A stretch of 64,000 bases of DNA, taken from positions 193,766 to 257,765 of the forward strand of contig JBAZNR010000002.1 in assembly GCA_041649175.1 (NCBI GenBank), in the 5' to 3' direction. The notes beneath the pieces are model-generated. The model saw only the letters and a list, made by a program, of their open reading frames with translations. It ran no database searches and had not been told where the DNA came from. Below are positions 27,772 to 38,579 of the stretch, piece by piece (the stretch's first letter is position 1; each line of letters begins with the position of its first letter). A program made the translations under genes and the position numbers. The stretch comes from Candidatus Omnitrophota bacterium (GTDB lineage: Bacteria; Omnitrophota; Gorgyraeia; Zapsychrales; JBAZNR01).

Positions 27772-28989
27772 ATGTCTCAAATGAAACGTCGAAAAACTCC
27801 TCTCGTTAAAATCGGTTCCGTCACACTAGGAAGCGGTTATCCTATCGTCATTCAATCTATGACGGATACGCCAACCGCCGATATTGAGAAGACTCTCGTG
27901 CAAACAATTGAATTGACCGAAGCCGGCTCCGAATTGGTGCGCTGGACCATTAATGATGATGAAGCCGCGCGCGGTGCCGTTACGATCATCAAAATGCTTC
28001 GCGACAAAGGCTATCGGACTCCTATTGTCGGTGATTTTCATTTCAACGGACACACGCTTTTAGCCAAACATCCCGATTGCGCGAAAGCGCTTGATAAATA
28101 TCGCATCAATCCCGGCAATGTCGGAAAAGGTGACCGTCATGATGAAAATTTCTCAAGCATTGTAAAAATTGCGGTTGAGTATGATAAGCCCGTTCGGATC
28201 GGTGTTAACTGGGGGTCACTAGATCAAGAGCTCTTGACCGACCTTATGGATGAAAACGCGAAGTTAAAAAATCCTAAAGACGCCAAGGAAGTCACCTATG
28301 ACGCCATGATCAAAAGCGCGCTTCAAAGCGCTCAACTTGCGCAAAAGATCGGCCTTAAAAAAGATAAAATCGTTTTAAGCGTTAAGATGTCTGTTTTGCA
28401 AGATATGGTTACAGTTTATGAACGTTTAGCCGAACAATGTGATTACGCTCTACATTTGGGGCTAACGGAAGCAGGAAGCGATGTGCGCGGAATATCTTCA
28501 AGCGCCGCCGCATTAAGCATTTTACTGCAAAAGGGAATTGGTGATACAATTCGTGTTTCTTTAACGCCACAGCCCGGAATCAAACGTTCACGCGAAGTAG
28601 AAGTTTGCAAAAATCTGCTTCAGGCAATGGGATTTCGATATTTCGCGCCAAGCGTGACCAGTTGCCCTGGATGCGGACGCACTTCAAGTGATTATTTTCA
28701 ATTTCTGGCGAAAGACATTAATGAACATATTGAACGTAGAATGCCCGCATGGAAAAAACAATATCCCGGCGTGGAAGAATTAAAAATCGCGGTGATGGGT
28801 TGCGTGGTGAACGGCCCAGGAGAAAGCCGTCACGCCGATATCGGAATAAGCTTGCCCGGAACATCGGAAAAACCGATCGCGCCGGTTTACGTAGATGGAA
28901 AAGAATTTAAAACACTAAAAGGCGAGAACATCAAAGAAGAATTTATTACGATTTTAGAAGAATATTTAAAGAAGAAATTTTTGCCGTAA
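27772..28989 (+). CDS. ispG: 4-hydroxy-3-methylbut-2-en-1-yl diphosphate synthase IspG (GcpE)
   Basis: A TIM-barrel domain plus a C-terminal 4Fe-4S domain (CPGCGRT...GCVVNGPGE). Confidence 0.95.
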   Translation: MSQMKRRKTPLVKIGSVTLGSGYPIVIQSMTDTPTADIEKTLVQTIELTEAGSELVRWTINDDEAARGAVTIIKMLRDKGYRTPIVGDFHFNGHTLLAKHPDCAKALDKYRINPGNVGKGDRHDENFSSIVKIAVEYDKPVRIGVNWGSLDQELLTDLMDENAKLKNPKDAKEVTYDAMIKSALQSAQLAQKIGLKKDKIVLSVKMSVLQDMVTVYERLAEQCDYALHLGLTEAGSDVRGISSSAAALSILLQKGIGDTIRVSLTPQPGIKRSREVEVCKNLLQAMGFRYFAPSVTSCPGCGRTSSDYFQFLAKDINEHIERRMPAWKKQYPGVEELKIAVMGCVVNGPGESRHADIGISLPGTSEKPIAPVYVDGKEFKTLKGENIKEEFITILEEYLKKKFLP

Positions 28990-28991
28990 CC

Positions 28992-29462
28992 TTACACTTC
29001 CTTTAACGTCGCAATAACTTCTGCTTCATGGCCTTCCGGCTTGACCTTTTCAAAAACCTTCACAACTTTTCCGTCTTTACCGATAATAAATGTTGTGCGC
29101 GCAACGCCCATATACTTTCGTCCATACATACTTTTTCCCACCCAAACACCATAATCTTGGCAAATTTTCTTATCAACATCGCTTAAAAGAATAAAAGGAA
29201 GCTTAAATTTCTGGATAAACTTCTTATGGGAATCCACCGGATCCGGGCTCACGCCTAAAACGACCGCATCAATGCCTGCGATAGATTTGATTTGGTCGCG
29301 AAATCCGCACGCCTCAACCGTGCAGCCCGGTGTGTCATCCTTAGGATAAAAATACAAGACAACGCTTTTCTTTCCCTTAAAATCTTTTAAGGCTATATTC
29401 TCGCCATTACTTCCCGGAACATTAAATTCGGGCGCTTTGTCGCCGACATTTATTTTAGGCAT
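28992..29462 (-). CDS. bcp: thiol peroxidase Bcp (peroxiredoxin)
   Basis: YFYPKDDTPGCTVEACGFRD is the Prx active-site motif; 156 aa. Confidence 0.85.
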   Translation of the reverse strand: MPKINVGDKAPEFNVPGSNGENIALKDFKGKKSVVLYFYPKDDTPGCTVEACGFRDQIKSIAGIDAVVLGVSPDPVDSHKKFIQKFKLPFILLSDVDKKICQDYGVWVGKSMYGRKYMGVARTTFIIGKDGKVVKVFEKVKPEGHEAEVIATLKEV

Positions 29463-29480
29463 AATAATCCTCCGATAAAA

Positions 29481-29942
29481 TTAATAAGGATTCCAGGTTT
29501 TGCGATAGGGATCGTAAATAACTTTTTGCAGATTTTGAGCAGGAATTCCGTCTTCCAGGGGCCAAGCCGTCACTTCCAGCTTATTGCCGTCAAGATCATA
29601 AAAATAAAGCGACCAGCTTTTTTCGCGCTTTTTGGCAAATTCGATTCGCACCTGATGATCCTCCAGGCGCTTGATCATCTCGTCGAAATCCTGCGCATGG
29701 ACGCGGAAAGAAAAGTGATTTGCGCCCAAACCATCATTGGCAAACTGGTGTTCGCTCGTAAGGTCTTTTGCTTGAATGATACCGATCAGGGAAGGACCGC
29801 AATCAAGAAAATATTCAATGCCGGGTTTCGATGGTTCGCGCTTGGTAACGTTCAGTCCAAAAACTTCTGTGTAAAACTCAAGTGCTTTATCGAGATCCCG
29901 AACATTGATCGCGACATGATCAATGCCAAGAATTTTAATCAT
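29481..29942 (-). CDS. VOC/glyoxalase-family protein
   Basis: IDHVAINVRDLDKALEFYTEVFGL is a glyoxalase/bleomycin-resistance fold motif. Confidence 0.65.
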   Translation of the reverse strand: MIKILGIDHVAINVRDLDKALEFYTEVFGLNVTKREPSKPGIEYFLDCGPSLIGIIQAKDLTSEHQFANDGLGANHFSFRVHAQDFDEMIKRLEDHQVRIEFAKKREKSWSLYFYDLDGNKLEVTAWPLEDGIPAQNLQKVIYDPYRKTWNPY

Positions 29943-30745
29943 AATTTAATGACTTTTTTTATTTTTCGCTTTTCAAAGATACCATATTGTTTAAATCCGG
30001 CGTCTTTGGCTAATTTAAGGCTTTTATCAAAATCTTTCCCGACATGTTGCGGCTCGTGCGCATCCGATCCAAAGATCAGCGGAATCCCGGCCTGAGCATA
30101 AATTCGTAAATTCCACAGGGAAGGATAGATCTCTTTACAGGGTTTACGTAAACCGGAGCTATTGATCTCAATAGCAACGCCATAATCTTTAAAAACCTCG
30201 GCGGTTTTTCTAACCTCATGCGCCATGTCTTCCGCGGGGCGATTGCCAAATTTTTTGACCAAATCAACGTGCGCCATAATATCAAACAGGCCGGACTGCG
30301 CCGAACGGCGCAACAGATCATAATAATCATGATAAACGCAGTTAATATCTTCTTCCTTCCAGCGAACACGCTCATCGGGATTATCAAAACCCCATTTCCC
30401 GATAAAATGCACGGAACCGTATACATAATCAAACGGGTAAGAATTTAAAATAGCTTTTGTTTTCGACTCATATCCCGGAAGAAAATCAGCTTCAATGCCG
30501 ACTTTGATCTTGATCTTTTTGGCGTAGCGCTTCTTAACATCTTCGATCATTTCTAAATAAAGTGGAAGTTGTTCCATATTCATAGTGATCTTGGGATCAA
30601 GGTGGGACACCAAAGGCGCGTGATCGGAAAACCCCATTTCTTTAAGGCCGATCTTTATAGCATGTTCAACATATTGGCTCGGCAAGCCAACAGCGTGGCC
30701 GCAAAGCGGAGTATGCATATGATAATCAGAAACAATACGCGACAT
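29939..30745 (-). CDS. histidinol-phosphatase, PHP family (HisJ/HisK-type)
   Basis: YHMHTPLCGHA is PHP-domain metal-binding motif 1; 268 aa. Confidence 0.8.
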   Translation of the reverse strand: MSRIVSDYHMHTPLCGHAVGLPSQYVEHAIKIGLKEMGFSDHAPLVSHLDPKITMNMEQLPLYLEMIEDVKKRYAKKIKIKVGIEADFLPGYESKTKAILNSYPFDYVYGSVHFIGKWGFDNPDERVRWKEEDINCVYHDYYDLLRRSAQSGLFDIMAHVDLVKKFGNRPAEDMAHEVRKTAEVFKDYGVAIEINSSGLRKPCKEIYPSLWNLRIYAQAGIPLIFGSDAHEPQHVGKDFDKSLKLAKDAGFKQYGIFEKRKIKKVIKL

Positions 30746-30839
30746 AAATCCTTCCTTCGTTTTTATGTTAAGAAAAATTAATGGGCGTATTATAGCATAA
30801 TCGTTTCAGATGGGAAAAATTTTTAGCGTATTCTTGTGT

Positions 30840-30868
30840 TTGACAGAGAAAAACACGTGTGATATAGT
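30840..30868 (+). promoter_or_regulatory. sigma70-like promoter for folE operon
   Basis: TTGACA at 30840-30845, a 17-nt spacer containing CACGTG, and TATAGT at 30863-30868. Confidence 0.5.
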
Positions 30869-30877
30869 TCTGACGCT

Positions 30878-31453
30878 ATGAAAACAAACAAAACAGCAAA
30901 ATCAACACCTGATGTTGCCAAACTATACCGAGAGCTTCTTTCAAGCATCGGAGAAGATACAAGCCGCGAAGGATTAAGGGAGACGCCCGAACGCGCGGCG
31001 CGCGCCTTTCATTATTTAACACAAGGATACACCTACAACATCGCCGAAGTTGTCAATAGCGCTATTTTTGAATCCGATACTGATGAGATGGTGATCGTTA
31101 AGGATATTGAGCTTTATTCTTTATGCGAGCATCATCTTTTGCCGTTTTTTGGCAAATGCCATGTAGGCTACTTGCCCAAAGGAAAGATCATCGGGCTTTC
31201 AAAGATCGCCCGGATCGTTGATGTCTTCGCGCGCCGGCTTCAAGTGCAAGAAAATCTAACAAAGCAAATTGCCGAAACGATCATGAAACACACCGGCGCA
31301 GCAGGCGTTGGCGTTGTTATGGAAGCTCAGCATCTTTGCATGATGATGCGCGGCGTTGAAAAACAAAATTCCGTCATGAAAACATCATGCATGCTTGGAG
31401 CATTTCGCAAATACAGCTCAACGCGTGCGGAATTCTTGAGCCTTATCCGATAA
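30878..31453 (+). CDS. folE: GTP cyclohydrolase I FolE
   Basis: The signature CEHHLLPF and the overall GCH-I fold; 191 aa. Confidence 0.9.
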   Translation: MKTNKTAKSTPDVAKLYRELLSSIGEDTSREGLRETPERAARAFHYLTQGYTYNIAEVVNSAIFESDTDEMVIVKDIELYSLCEHHLLPFFGKCHVGYLPKGKIIGLSKIARIVDVFARRLQVQENLTKQIAETIMKHTGAAGVGVVMEAQHLCMMMRGVEKQNSVMKTSCMLGAFRKYSSTRAEFLSLIR

Positions 31454-31472
31454 TCTTACCGAGGAAATCCTT

Positions 31473-32192
31473 TTGCCCAAACCAGCCGCATTAATTACGG
31501 GAGGCGCAAAACGCATTGGGCAGGCTATTTCGCTAAGCCTTGCTCAATTGGGATTTGACATCGCGCTTCACTATAATAGGTCCCGCAAAGAAGCCGAGAA
31601 TACAGCTTCCCAAATACGCAAAACTGGCGTTCACTGCGAGATTTTTAAGGCGGATTTAGAGAATGGGCGCGAAACTTTGGCGCTTATCGCCAAAGTTTCG
31701 CGCCGTTTTCCTAAATTAAGCCTGCTTGTCAATAGTGCTTCCATTTTTAAGAAATCCAAACTCACGACAGACAATCTCAAGTTATTCAACATGCACTTTT
31801 CCATCAATTTTAAAGCGCCTTATATCTTGTCCTGTGATTTCGCTAAAATCTGCAAGAGCGGTCAGATCATCAATATCCTTGATACACACATCACAACTTC
31901 TAAAACCACGTATCCAGCCTATCTTTTATCAAAAAAGCTTCTGGGCGAATTCACCAGTTTAGCGGCTCTTCAATTTGCCCCAAAAATTCGCGTGAACGCC
32001 ATCGCTCCGGGATTGATCCTTGCGCCAGCCGCCAAAGACGAAACATATTTAAAGCGGCTGGCGCAAAACATTCCCCTTAAAAAAAGAGGGAATCCGACTA
32101 ATATTACCCACGCTATCCAATTTCTCCTTGAAAACGGCTATGTAAGCGGGCAAACCATTTTTATCGATGGCGGAGAACACCTGCTATCCTAA
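31473..32192 (+). CDS. SDR-family oxidoreductase, putative pteridine reductase (FolM/PTR1-like)
   Basis: Rossmann motif ITGGAKRIGQAI and a YxxxK-type catalytic region. It sits between folE and folB. Confidence 0.6.
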   Translation: MPKPAALITGGAKRIGQAISLSLAQLGFDIALHYNRSRKEAENTASQIRKTGVHCEIFKADLENGRETLALIAKVSRRFPKLSLLVNSASIFKKSKLTTDNLKLFNMHFSINFKAPYILSCDFAKICKSGQIINILDTHITTSKTTYPAYLLSKKLLGEFTSLAALQFAPKIRVNAIAPGLILAPAAKDETYLKRLAQNIPLKKRGNPTNITHAIQFLLENGYVSGQTIFIDGGEHLLS

Positions 32193-32197
32193 ATCCT

Positions 32198-32551
32198 ATG
32201 CTGACCACGATCCGAATCACCGACCTCAAAGTTAAAGCGATCATCGGGATCAATCCATGGGAACGTAAAATCAAACAGAACATCCTTCTTAACATCACCC
32301 TTCAATACAATGCATCCAAAGCCATCAAAAACGACAATATAGTAGAGGCCATTGATTACAAAACCCTAACTAAGCATATTATTAGGGAAGTATCTACATC
32401 GCGCTTCTTTCTACTGGAGAAACTGGCCCAATTTACTCTGGATATTGTTCTAAGCGATTCCAGAATCAAATCGGCCAGCGTTCGTATCGACAAACCCCTA
32501 GCTCTACGCTTTGCAAAGTCAGTTTCTGCCGAAGTTTTTGGCAAGAGATAG
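32198..32551 (+). CDS. folB: dihydroneopterin aldolase FolB
   Basis: IRITDLKVKAIIGINPWER at the N-terminus; 117 aa. Confidence 0.8.
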   Translation: MLTTIRITDLKVKAIIGINPWERKIKQNILLNITLQYNASKAIKNDNIVEAIDYKTLTKHIIREVSTSRFFLLEKLAQFTLDIVLSDSRIKSASVRIDKPLALRFAKSVSAEVFGKR

Positions 32552-32734
32552 AAAACCCCGCGCTAATTTCTCATAAGTCAGATATTTTTAAGTCAATTTT
32601 ATTCATTTTGGAGGAATAAAAATCATTTTTTATTTTCTTGATTGTATCTTATTTAATATCAATATGTTACAATTGCTGTGAACAAAATTTATTCTTGCCG
32701 AACCAAGAAACCTGTGTTATCCTTTCTTCAACTT

Positions 32735-33148
32735 ATGAAAAAATCTATCAAGAGAATTACATTCATTCTAACATTTGCATTCGCCCTCGGGCTTTTTCCG
32801 CGCGCTATGGAGCCCAAGTTAACCGCTATGCCCAGCCCCAAATATACGCGTTTAGGAAAAGCATCCTGGTATTCCAAGAAATCTCCCGGCATTAACCGCC
32901 ATACAGCGAATAACGAGATCTTTGATGATACCGACTTAACCTGCGCGATGTGGGGCGTTCCGTTCAACCAAAGAATTCGTGTTACTAACTTATCCAACGG
33001 CAAGTCCATCATTGTCCGCGTCAATGACCGCGGCCCGCATAAACGTTTTGTCCGCCAGGGAAGGATCATCGATCTCACCCGAGCCGCTTTCTCCCTGATC
33101 GAATCTCCAAAATCAGGCCTCACGAACGTTGAAATCGAATTTCTCTAA
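32735..33148 (+). CDS. rlpA: RlpA-like double-psi beta-barrel lipoprotein
   Basis: Start reassigned to ATG 32735, with a signal peptide. ASWYSKK...TANNEIFD...RVTNLSNGKSIIVRVNDRGP matches the DPBB domain. Confidence 0.7.
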   Translation: MKKSIKRITFILTFAFALGLFPRAMEPKLTAMPSPKYTRLGKASWYSKKSPGINRHTANNEIFDDTDLTCAMWGVPFNQRIRVTNLSNGKSIIVRVNDRGPHKRFVRQGRIIDLTRAAFSLIESPKSGLTNVEIEFL

Positions 33149-33290
33149 AGACCCCTCGATCAAACCGCTTTTGATAACCTTCCATCTATAATAAAAAATA
33201 AATTTATTTTTTTCTTGCAAAAAGAAATACTATTGTTATGATGACTAACGCATTTGAGGATGTTGGCCATTAACAAAAAAGAAAAGTGAT

Positions 33291-34031
33291 ATGAGATTAA
33301 AAAATGAAATAGCGCTTATCACCGGTTCGGCCCGAGGCATCGGCAAAGAGATAGCGAAAACTTTCGCCAAAGAAGGCGCTACCGTTATCATTTCCGACAT
33401 TAATGCCGAATCTGCCGGGGCAACTGCCGCCGAGCTTAAAAGCGCCGGCTTTCAATCCGACCATTTCTCTTGCAATGTCACCGATGGGAAAAGTGTCGAA
33501 GAAATGGTCAATAAAATTCTTGACAAATATAGTCGCATTGATATATTAATTAACAACGCAGGCATCACGAAAGACAATTTGCTCTTAAGAATGTCGGAAG
33601 GCGACTGGGATGCAGTTCTAGCCGTGAATCTCAAAGGCACGTTCAATTGCACCAAGGCCGTCACACGGTCAATGCTCAAGGCTAAAAAAGGCAAGATCAT
33701 TAGTATTGCTTCCGTGATCGGGATATTAGGAAATGCCGGGCAGGCGAATTACGCCGCCAGCAAAGCAGGCATTATCGGATTTACAAAGTCTATCGCCAGG
33801 GAACTTGCTTCAAGAAGCATCACAGTTAACGCGGTCGCCCCGGGATATATCCAAACCGAAATGACCGACAAATTGAGCGAAAAAGTCAAAGAGCAGATCT
33901 TAAAAACCGTTCCCTTAGAAAAGTTAGGAACCCCCCAGGATGTTGCCGGGGTTTGCTTATTTCTTGCATCCAAAGACGCCGATTACATCACCGGACAAAC
34001 AATTTCCGTTGATGGTGGCATGGCGATGTAA
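33291..34031 (+). CDS. fabG: 3-oxoacyl-ACP reductase FabG
   Basis: Rossmann motif TGSARGIGKEIA, NNAGI, and YAASKAG (catalytic Tyr/Lys); 246 aa. Confidence 0.9.
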   Translation: MRLKNEIALITGSARGIGKEIAKTFAKEGATVIISDINAESAGATAAELKSAGFQSDHFSCNVTDGKSVEEMVNKILDKYSRIDILINNAGITKDNLLLRMSEGDWDAVLAVNLKGTFNCTKAVTRSMLKAKKGKIISIASVIGILGNAGQANYAASKAGIIGFTKSIARELASRSITVNAVAPGYIQTEMTDKLSEKVKEQILKTVPLEKLGTPQDVAGVCLFLASKDADYITGQTISVDGGMAM

Positions 34032-34064
34032 TATAACAGGTGAAAATAAAAAGGAGGCTGGTAC

Positions 34065-34304
34065 ATGGCAGTCGAAGATAAGATCAAGTCAATTATCGCA
34101 GAGCAATTAGGTGTAAAACCCGAAGAAGTTACGCCGCAAGCGTCCTTTGTTGATGATCTAGGTGCTGATTCTTTAGATACCGTTGAGCTCGTTATGGCTC
34201 TGGAAGAGGAATTCAGTGTTGAAATCCCGGATGAAGACGCCGAGAAAATGGCAACTGTTGGCGATGCGATCAAATATATTGAAAGCAAAACAGCGAATAA
34301 ATAA
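34065..34304 (+). CDS. acpP: acyl carrier protein
   Basis: [20 protein letters not shown], including the phosphopantetheine Ser. Confidence 0.95.
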   Translation: MAVEDKIKSIIAEQLGVKPEEVTPQASFVDDLGADSLDTVELVMALEEEFSVEIPDEDAEKMATVGDAIKYIESKTANK

Positions 34305-34374
34305 TTTCCCATTGCGCTAACCCACTTAAAAAATTGCCCCGACTTTACTGTTCGGGGCAAACTTATATCCGCCC

Positions 34375-35619
34375 ATGAATAAAAAACGCGTTGTTATCAC
34401 TGGCTTAGGAACAGTTTCTCCGGTTGGAACGGGAACTGAGAAGTTTTGGAAATCGCTTGTGGAAGGAAAAAGCGGCATACGTCCCATCACTCATTTTGAT
34501 GCCAGCCAATTCGATTCGCAGATCTGCGGCCACGTCATTGATTATAACCCCGATGATCATTTTTCCAGCAAAGAAGCGCGCCACTTGGCGCGTTTTGTTC
34601 AATTTGCTGTTGTAGCGGCAAAAGAGGCAATGGCGCAGGCCAATCTGGACATGAAAAATGTCAACGCCGAACGCATGGGTGTTTTGATCGGATCCGGAAT
34701 CGGAAGCTTAAAAACAATGGAAGAGGAATACGATACCTATCTTAAAAAAGGCCCCGGAAGAATTTCGCCTTTTCTTATTCCAAAACTTATTGTGAATGAA
34801 GCGGCGGGGCAAGTTTCCATCAATACTGGCGCCAAAGGGCCAACAACTTGTGTCACGACCGCTTGCGCCACCGCAACGAATGCCGTTGGCGATGCTTTTA
34901 GGCTTATCCAATATAATGAAGCGGACATCATGATCGCCGGAGGAACCGAAAGCGCGACAACCATTTTAGGTGTCGGTGGATTTGCGGCGCTTAAAGCTCT
35001 TTCCAAAAGAAACAGCGAACCGGAACGCGCCAGCCGTCCGTTCGATCTTAATCGCGACGGATTTGTCATGGCAGAAGGTGCCGGGGTTGTTATCGTAGAA
35101 TCCTTGGATCATGCCAAGGCACGCGGTGCAAAAATTTTAGCAGAAGTGGTCGGATATGGAAGAACTTCCGATGCTTATCACGTAACAGCGCCTGATGAAA
35201 CCGGATACGGAGCTGCTAAGGCTATGGAATTAGCTGTTCATGATGCCGGATTGCAGCCTCAGGATGTTTCCTATATAAACGCGCACGGAACATCAACTAA
35301 GCTTAATGATGCTGTTGAAACAAAAGCCATTAAAAGCTTCTTTAAAGAATTCGCCAAGAAAATCCCCGTTAGTTCAACGAAATCTATGACCGGACATCTT
35401 CTAGGAGCCGCCGGTGGCGTTGAGATCATTGCTTGTATTATGGCTATTAGAGACGGGATTGTTCCGCCAACGATCAACTATGAAACACCTGATCCGGAAT
35501 GCGATTTGGATTATGTTCCAAATAAAGCCCGGCATTTAACGGTTAATGTTGCTATTTCAAACTCTTTAGGGTTTGGCGGGCACAACGCGACTGTTGCCGT
35601 TAAGAAATTCAAAGCGTAA
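34375..35619 (+). CDS. fabF: 3-oxoacyl-ACP synthase II FabF
   Basis: KAS II with an active-site Cys (TACATATN) and an HGTST...GHLLGAAG C-terminal half. Confidence 0.95.
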   Translation: MNKKRVVITGLGTVSPVGTGTEKFWKSLVEGKSGIRPITHFDASQFDSQICGHVIDYNPDDHFSSKEARHLARFVQFAVVAAKEAMAQANLDMKNVNAERMGVLIGSGIGSLKTMEEEYDTYLKKGPGRISPFLIPKLIVNEAAGQVSINTGAKGPTTCVTTACATATNAVGDAFRLIQYNEADIMIAGGTESATTILGVGGFAALKALSKRNSEPERASRPFDLNRDGFVMAEGAGVVIVESLDHAKARGAKILAEVVGYGRTSDAYHVTAPDETGYGAAKAMELAVHDAGLQPQDVSYINAHGTSTKLNDAVETKAIKSFFKEFAKKIPVSSTKSMTGHLLGAAGGVEIIACIMAIRDGIVPPTINYETPDPECDLDYVPNKARHLTVNVAISNSLGFGGHNATVAVKKFKA

Positions 35620-35627
35620 ATTAAAAT

Positions 35628-36698
35628 ATGTCTGAGAAAAATACAAAAAACTATAAAATTGCGGTTATCGCTGGTGACGGCACAGGGCCGGAAGTTGTCC
35701 GCGAAGGCTTAAAAGTCCTCGAAGCGGCCGCTCAAAAATGCCAGTTCAAATTTACGGCAACGCCTTTTGATTTTGGCGGCGAGCGTTATTTGCGGACTAA
35801 AGAAGTTTTGCCGAGCTCGGCTGTTAGCGATTTAAAGAAATTTGACGCTATTTTCTTAGGCGCCATTGGACATCCGGATGTTAAGCCAGGAATATTAGAA
35901 AAGGGGATTCTGCTTCGCCTTCGTTTTGACCTTGATCAATATATTAATTTGCGTCCCGTCGGGCTTTACGATGAACGCTTTTGCCCTTTAAAAAATAAAA
36001 AACCCGAAGATATCAATTTTACGGTTATTCGAGAAAATTCTGAAGGACTTTACAAGGGATTAGGGGAGTTTCAGAACAAGGGAACAAAAGACGAAGTCGC
36101 CATTCAAATTTCGCACAATACGCGTAAAGGTGTCGAGCGTTGTCTGCGCTATGCCTTTGAATACACCAGAAAATTTGGAAAAGCAAAAAAACTCACTCTT
36201 TGCGGAAAAACAAATGTCCTGACATTTGCCTGGGATCTCTGGGAAAGAACATTTTACGAAATTGCCAAAGAATATCCTGAAATCAAAACCGATTACACAC
36301 ACGTCGATGCCACCACCATGTGGTTTGTTAAAAATCCGGAATGGTTTGATGTCATCGTGACTGATAATATGTTTGGTGATATCATTACCGATCTCGGCGC
36401 CATGATCCAAGGCGGAATGGGAATTGCCGCCGGAGGAAATATCAACCCCGAAGGTGTCTCGATGTTTGAACCTATCGGCGGTTCAGCCCCAAAATACACC
36501 GGAAAAAATGTCATCAATCCATTGGCTGCCATTTGCGCGGGAGCAATGCTCTTACAGCAAATTGGCGAAAGCAAAGCCGCCGTGATGATCGAAAATTCCG
36601 TAAAAAAAGTTGTCCGTGAAAAATTAAAAGACTTAGCCGCAGGAAAAATGGGTTACTCCACAACCGAAGTCGGCGATTTAGTCGTTAAGCTGCTATAA
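35628..36698 (+). CDS. isocitrate/isopropylmalate dehydrogenase family protein (tartrate dehydrogenase/LeuB-like)
   Basis: IAVIAGDGTGPEVV and NMFGDIITDLGAMIQGG are beta-decarboxylating dehydrogenase motifs. The substrate was not assigned. Confidence 0.7.
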   Translation: MSEKNTKNYKIAVIAGDGTGPEVVREGLKVLEAAAQKCQFKFTATPFDFGGERYLRTKEVLPSSAVSDLKKFDAIFLGAIGHPDVKPGILEKGILLRLRFDLDQYINLRPVGLYDERFCPLKNKKPEDINFTVIRENSEGLYKGLGEFQNKGTKDEVAIQISHNTRKGVERCLRYAFEYTRKFGKAKKLTLCGKTNVLTFAWDLWERTFYEIAKEYPEIKTDYTHVDATTMWFVKNPEWFDVIVTDNMFGDIITDLGAMIQGGMGIAAGGNINPEGVSMFEPIGGSAPKYTGKNVINPLAAICAGAMLLQQIGESKAAVMIENSVKKVVREKLKDLAAGKMGYSTTEVGDLVVKLL

Positions 36699-36724
36699 AA
36701 AATCTCAAAAACAAGAGGGCTCTG

Positions 36725-37741
36725 ATGAAAAAGTACAATGTGGCCGTTGTCGGTGTTGGCGTTGTTGGCATTGAAATGCTTCGTTGTTTAAAACAGCGCA
36801 ATTTTCCTGTTGGCGAATTACGCGTTTTAGCGCGCTCCGCCAGAACCATTGACGTTGACGGACAGTCCTACAACGTTTCCGCTATTTCTCCGGAAGGATT
36901 TAATGGCATTGATATCGCGCTTTTCGCCGGAACCGAAGGCGAAAAAGGCGCCGCCGTCACATTTGCCGCCGAAGCTGTTAAGCGCGGCGCTGTTGTTATC
37001 GATAATGGGGCAGACTTTCGCATGGACCCCAAAGTTCCTTTGGTCGTCCCGGAAGTTAATGGCAAAGATGTTAAGAAAAATAAAGGCATCATCGCCAATC
37101 CAAATTGTTCAACTATTCAAATGGTCGTTGCCTTGCAACCTATTCACAAAAAAGTCGGCATTAAACGGGTTATTTTAACAACGCTTCAAGCCTCGTCTGG
37201 CGGCGGAAAAAGCGCTGTTGAACAATTAAAAGAAGAAGTAACCGCAATTGCCAAAGCCGGATGTGAAAATGTTCATTTCACCGTCAGTCATAAATCCATG
37301 GCACAGCAATTAGCCTACAATGTGTTCCCTCATATCGGAAGCTTTGTGGAAGATGACTTCACCAATGAAGAGTGGAAACTCGTCAAAGAAACTCACAAAA
37401 TCATGCACGCGCCCAACATGAAAATTTCAGCCACTACCGTTCGTGTTCCCGTTAGAACCGGACATAGCGAATCTGTTTACATTGAAACCGCAAAGCCAAT
37501 TTCACCTAGCCAAGTTAAAACTCTTCTCGCTAAAGCGCCCGGCGTTATCCTCATGGATGATGTTAAAAAGAATCTTTATCCGATGCCTAAAGATGTCGAA
37601 GGCAAGGATGAGGTTTTTGTCGGCCGCATTCGCCGCGATCCATCCGTTAAAAACGGTTTGTGGCTGTGGGTTGTCGCCGATAATCTGCGTAAAGGCGCTG
37701 CCTTAAACGCTGTTCAAATCGCCGAAGAATTGATCAAATAG
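36725..37741 (+). CDS. asd: aspartate-semialdehyde dehydrogenase
   Basis: VAVVGVGVVG in the NAD fold, and an active-site NPNCST. Confidence 0.9.
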   Translation: MKKYNVAVVGVGVVGIEMLRCLKQRNFPVGELRVLARSARTIDVDGQSYNVSAISPEGFNGIDIALFAGTEGEKGAAVTFAAEAVKRGAVVIDNGADFRMDPKVPLVVPEVNGKDVKKNKGIIANPNCSTIQMVVALQPIHKKVGIKRVILTTLQASSGGGKSAVEQLKEEVTAIAKAGCENVHFTVSHKSMAQQLAYNVFPHIGSFVEDDFTNEEWKLVKETHKIMHAPNMKISATTVRVPVRTGHSESVYIETAKPISPSQVKTLLAKAPGVILMDDVKKNLYPMPKDVEGKDEVFVGRIRRDPSVKNGLWLWVVADNLRKGAALNAVQIAEELIK

Positions 37742-37750
37742 CTAATTTAG

Positions 37751-38518
37751 ATGCTCCCTAAAATGCGTGCGTTTAAATTAACCATTGAATACGACGGAAC
37801 GCATTTCTCCGGCTGGCAGTCGCAAACTAAAACAACGCGCACAGTTCAAGGCGAGATCGAGCTTGCTCTTAAAAAGCTTTTTGGTAAAAAAGTAAAGCTG
37901 CACGGTTCCGGACGAACGGATAGCGGAGTTCACGCGCAGGGGCAAGTCGCTCATTTTCGCGTCAATACGCCGCGAACGACCGAAGTCATTCTTCAAGCGC
38001 TTAACGCCAATTTGCCAGACGATATCTCTATTCTAGAATGCTGTGAAGTTCCCAAGGGTTTCCACGCACGGTACAGCACTAAAACAAAGACCTATCGCTA
38101 CACGATTTTAAATAGAAAAACGCGCTCACCGGTCGGGCGTCAGTTCTTTTATTTTTGTCCATACGCGCTTAATGTGGCCCGCATGCGGAGAGCGTCAAAA
38201 GCGCTCATTGGCGAAAAAGATTTTAAATCATTTCAGGCGTCTGACACAGCTAAAAATCGCGCGCTTAAAACAAAAAATACCGTGCGCACGATCAAACAGT
38301 TGAGGATCAGAAAAAAGAACGATTTTATTTATATCGATATCACCGCCAACGGCTTTCTCTATAAAATGGTACGTAATATCGTCGGAACTCTCCTTAGTAT
38401 CGGACGAGGAAAACTTTCACAGGAAAGCATTAAAAATATCCTTACCGAAAAAAATCGCAACTACGCATCCGCCACCGCTCCGGCAAAAGGATTATGTTTA
38501 TTAAAAGTAAATTATTGA
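37751..38518 (+). CDS. truA: tRNA pseudouridine(38-40) synthase TruA
   Basis: IEYDGTHFSGWQSQ and GSGRTDSGVHA, including the catalytic Asp. Confidence 0.9.
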   Translation: MLPKMRAFKLTIEYDGTHFSGWQSQTKTTRTVQGEIELALKKLFGKKVKLHGSGRTDSGVHAQGQVAHFRVNTPRTTEVILQALNANLPDDISILECCEVPKGFHARYSTKTKTYRYTILNRKTRSPVGRQFFYFCPYALNVARMRRASKALIGEKDFKSFQASDTAKNRALKTKNTVRTIKQLRIRKKNDFIYIDITANGFLYKMVRNIVGTLLSIGRGKLSQESIKNILTEKNRNYASATAPAKGLCLLKVNY

Positions 38519-38579
38519 CAATTCAATCAAAAATGATATACTTCAATAACTTTTTCAGAATAAAATTAAGGACGAGGAA

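Noticed and set aside
33983-34360. 125-aa minus-strand ORF covering acpP
   Set aside because: acpP on the plus strand is unmistakable (DSLD motif), so the antisense ORF is spurious.
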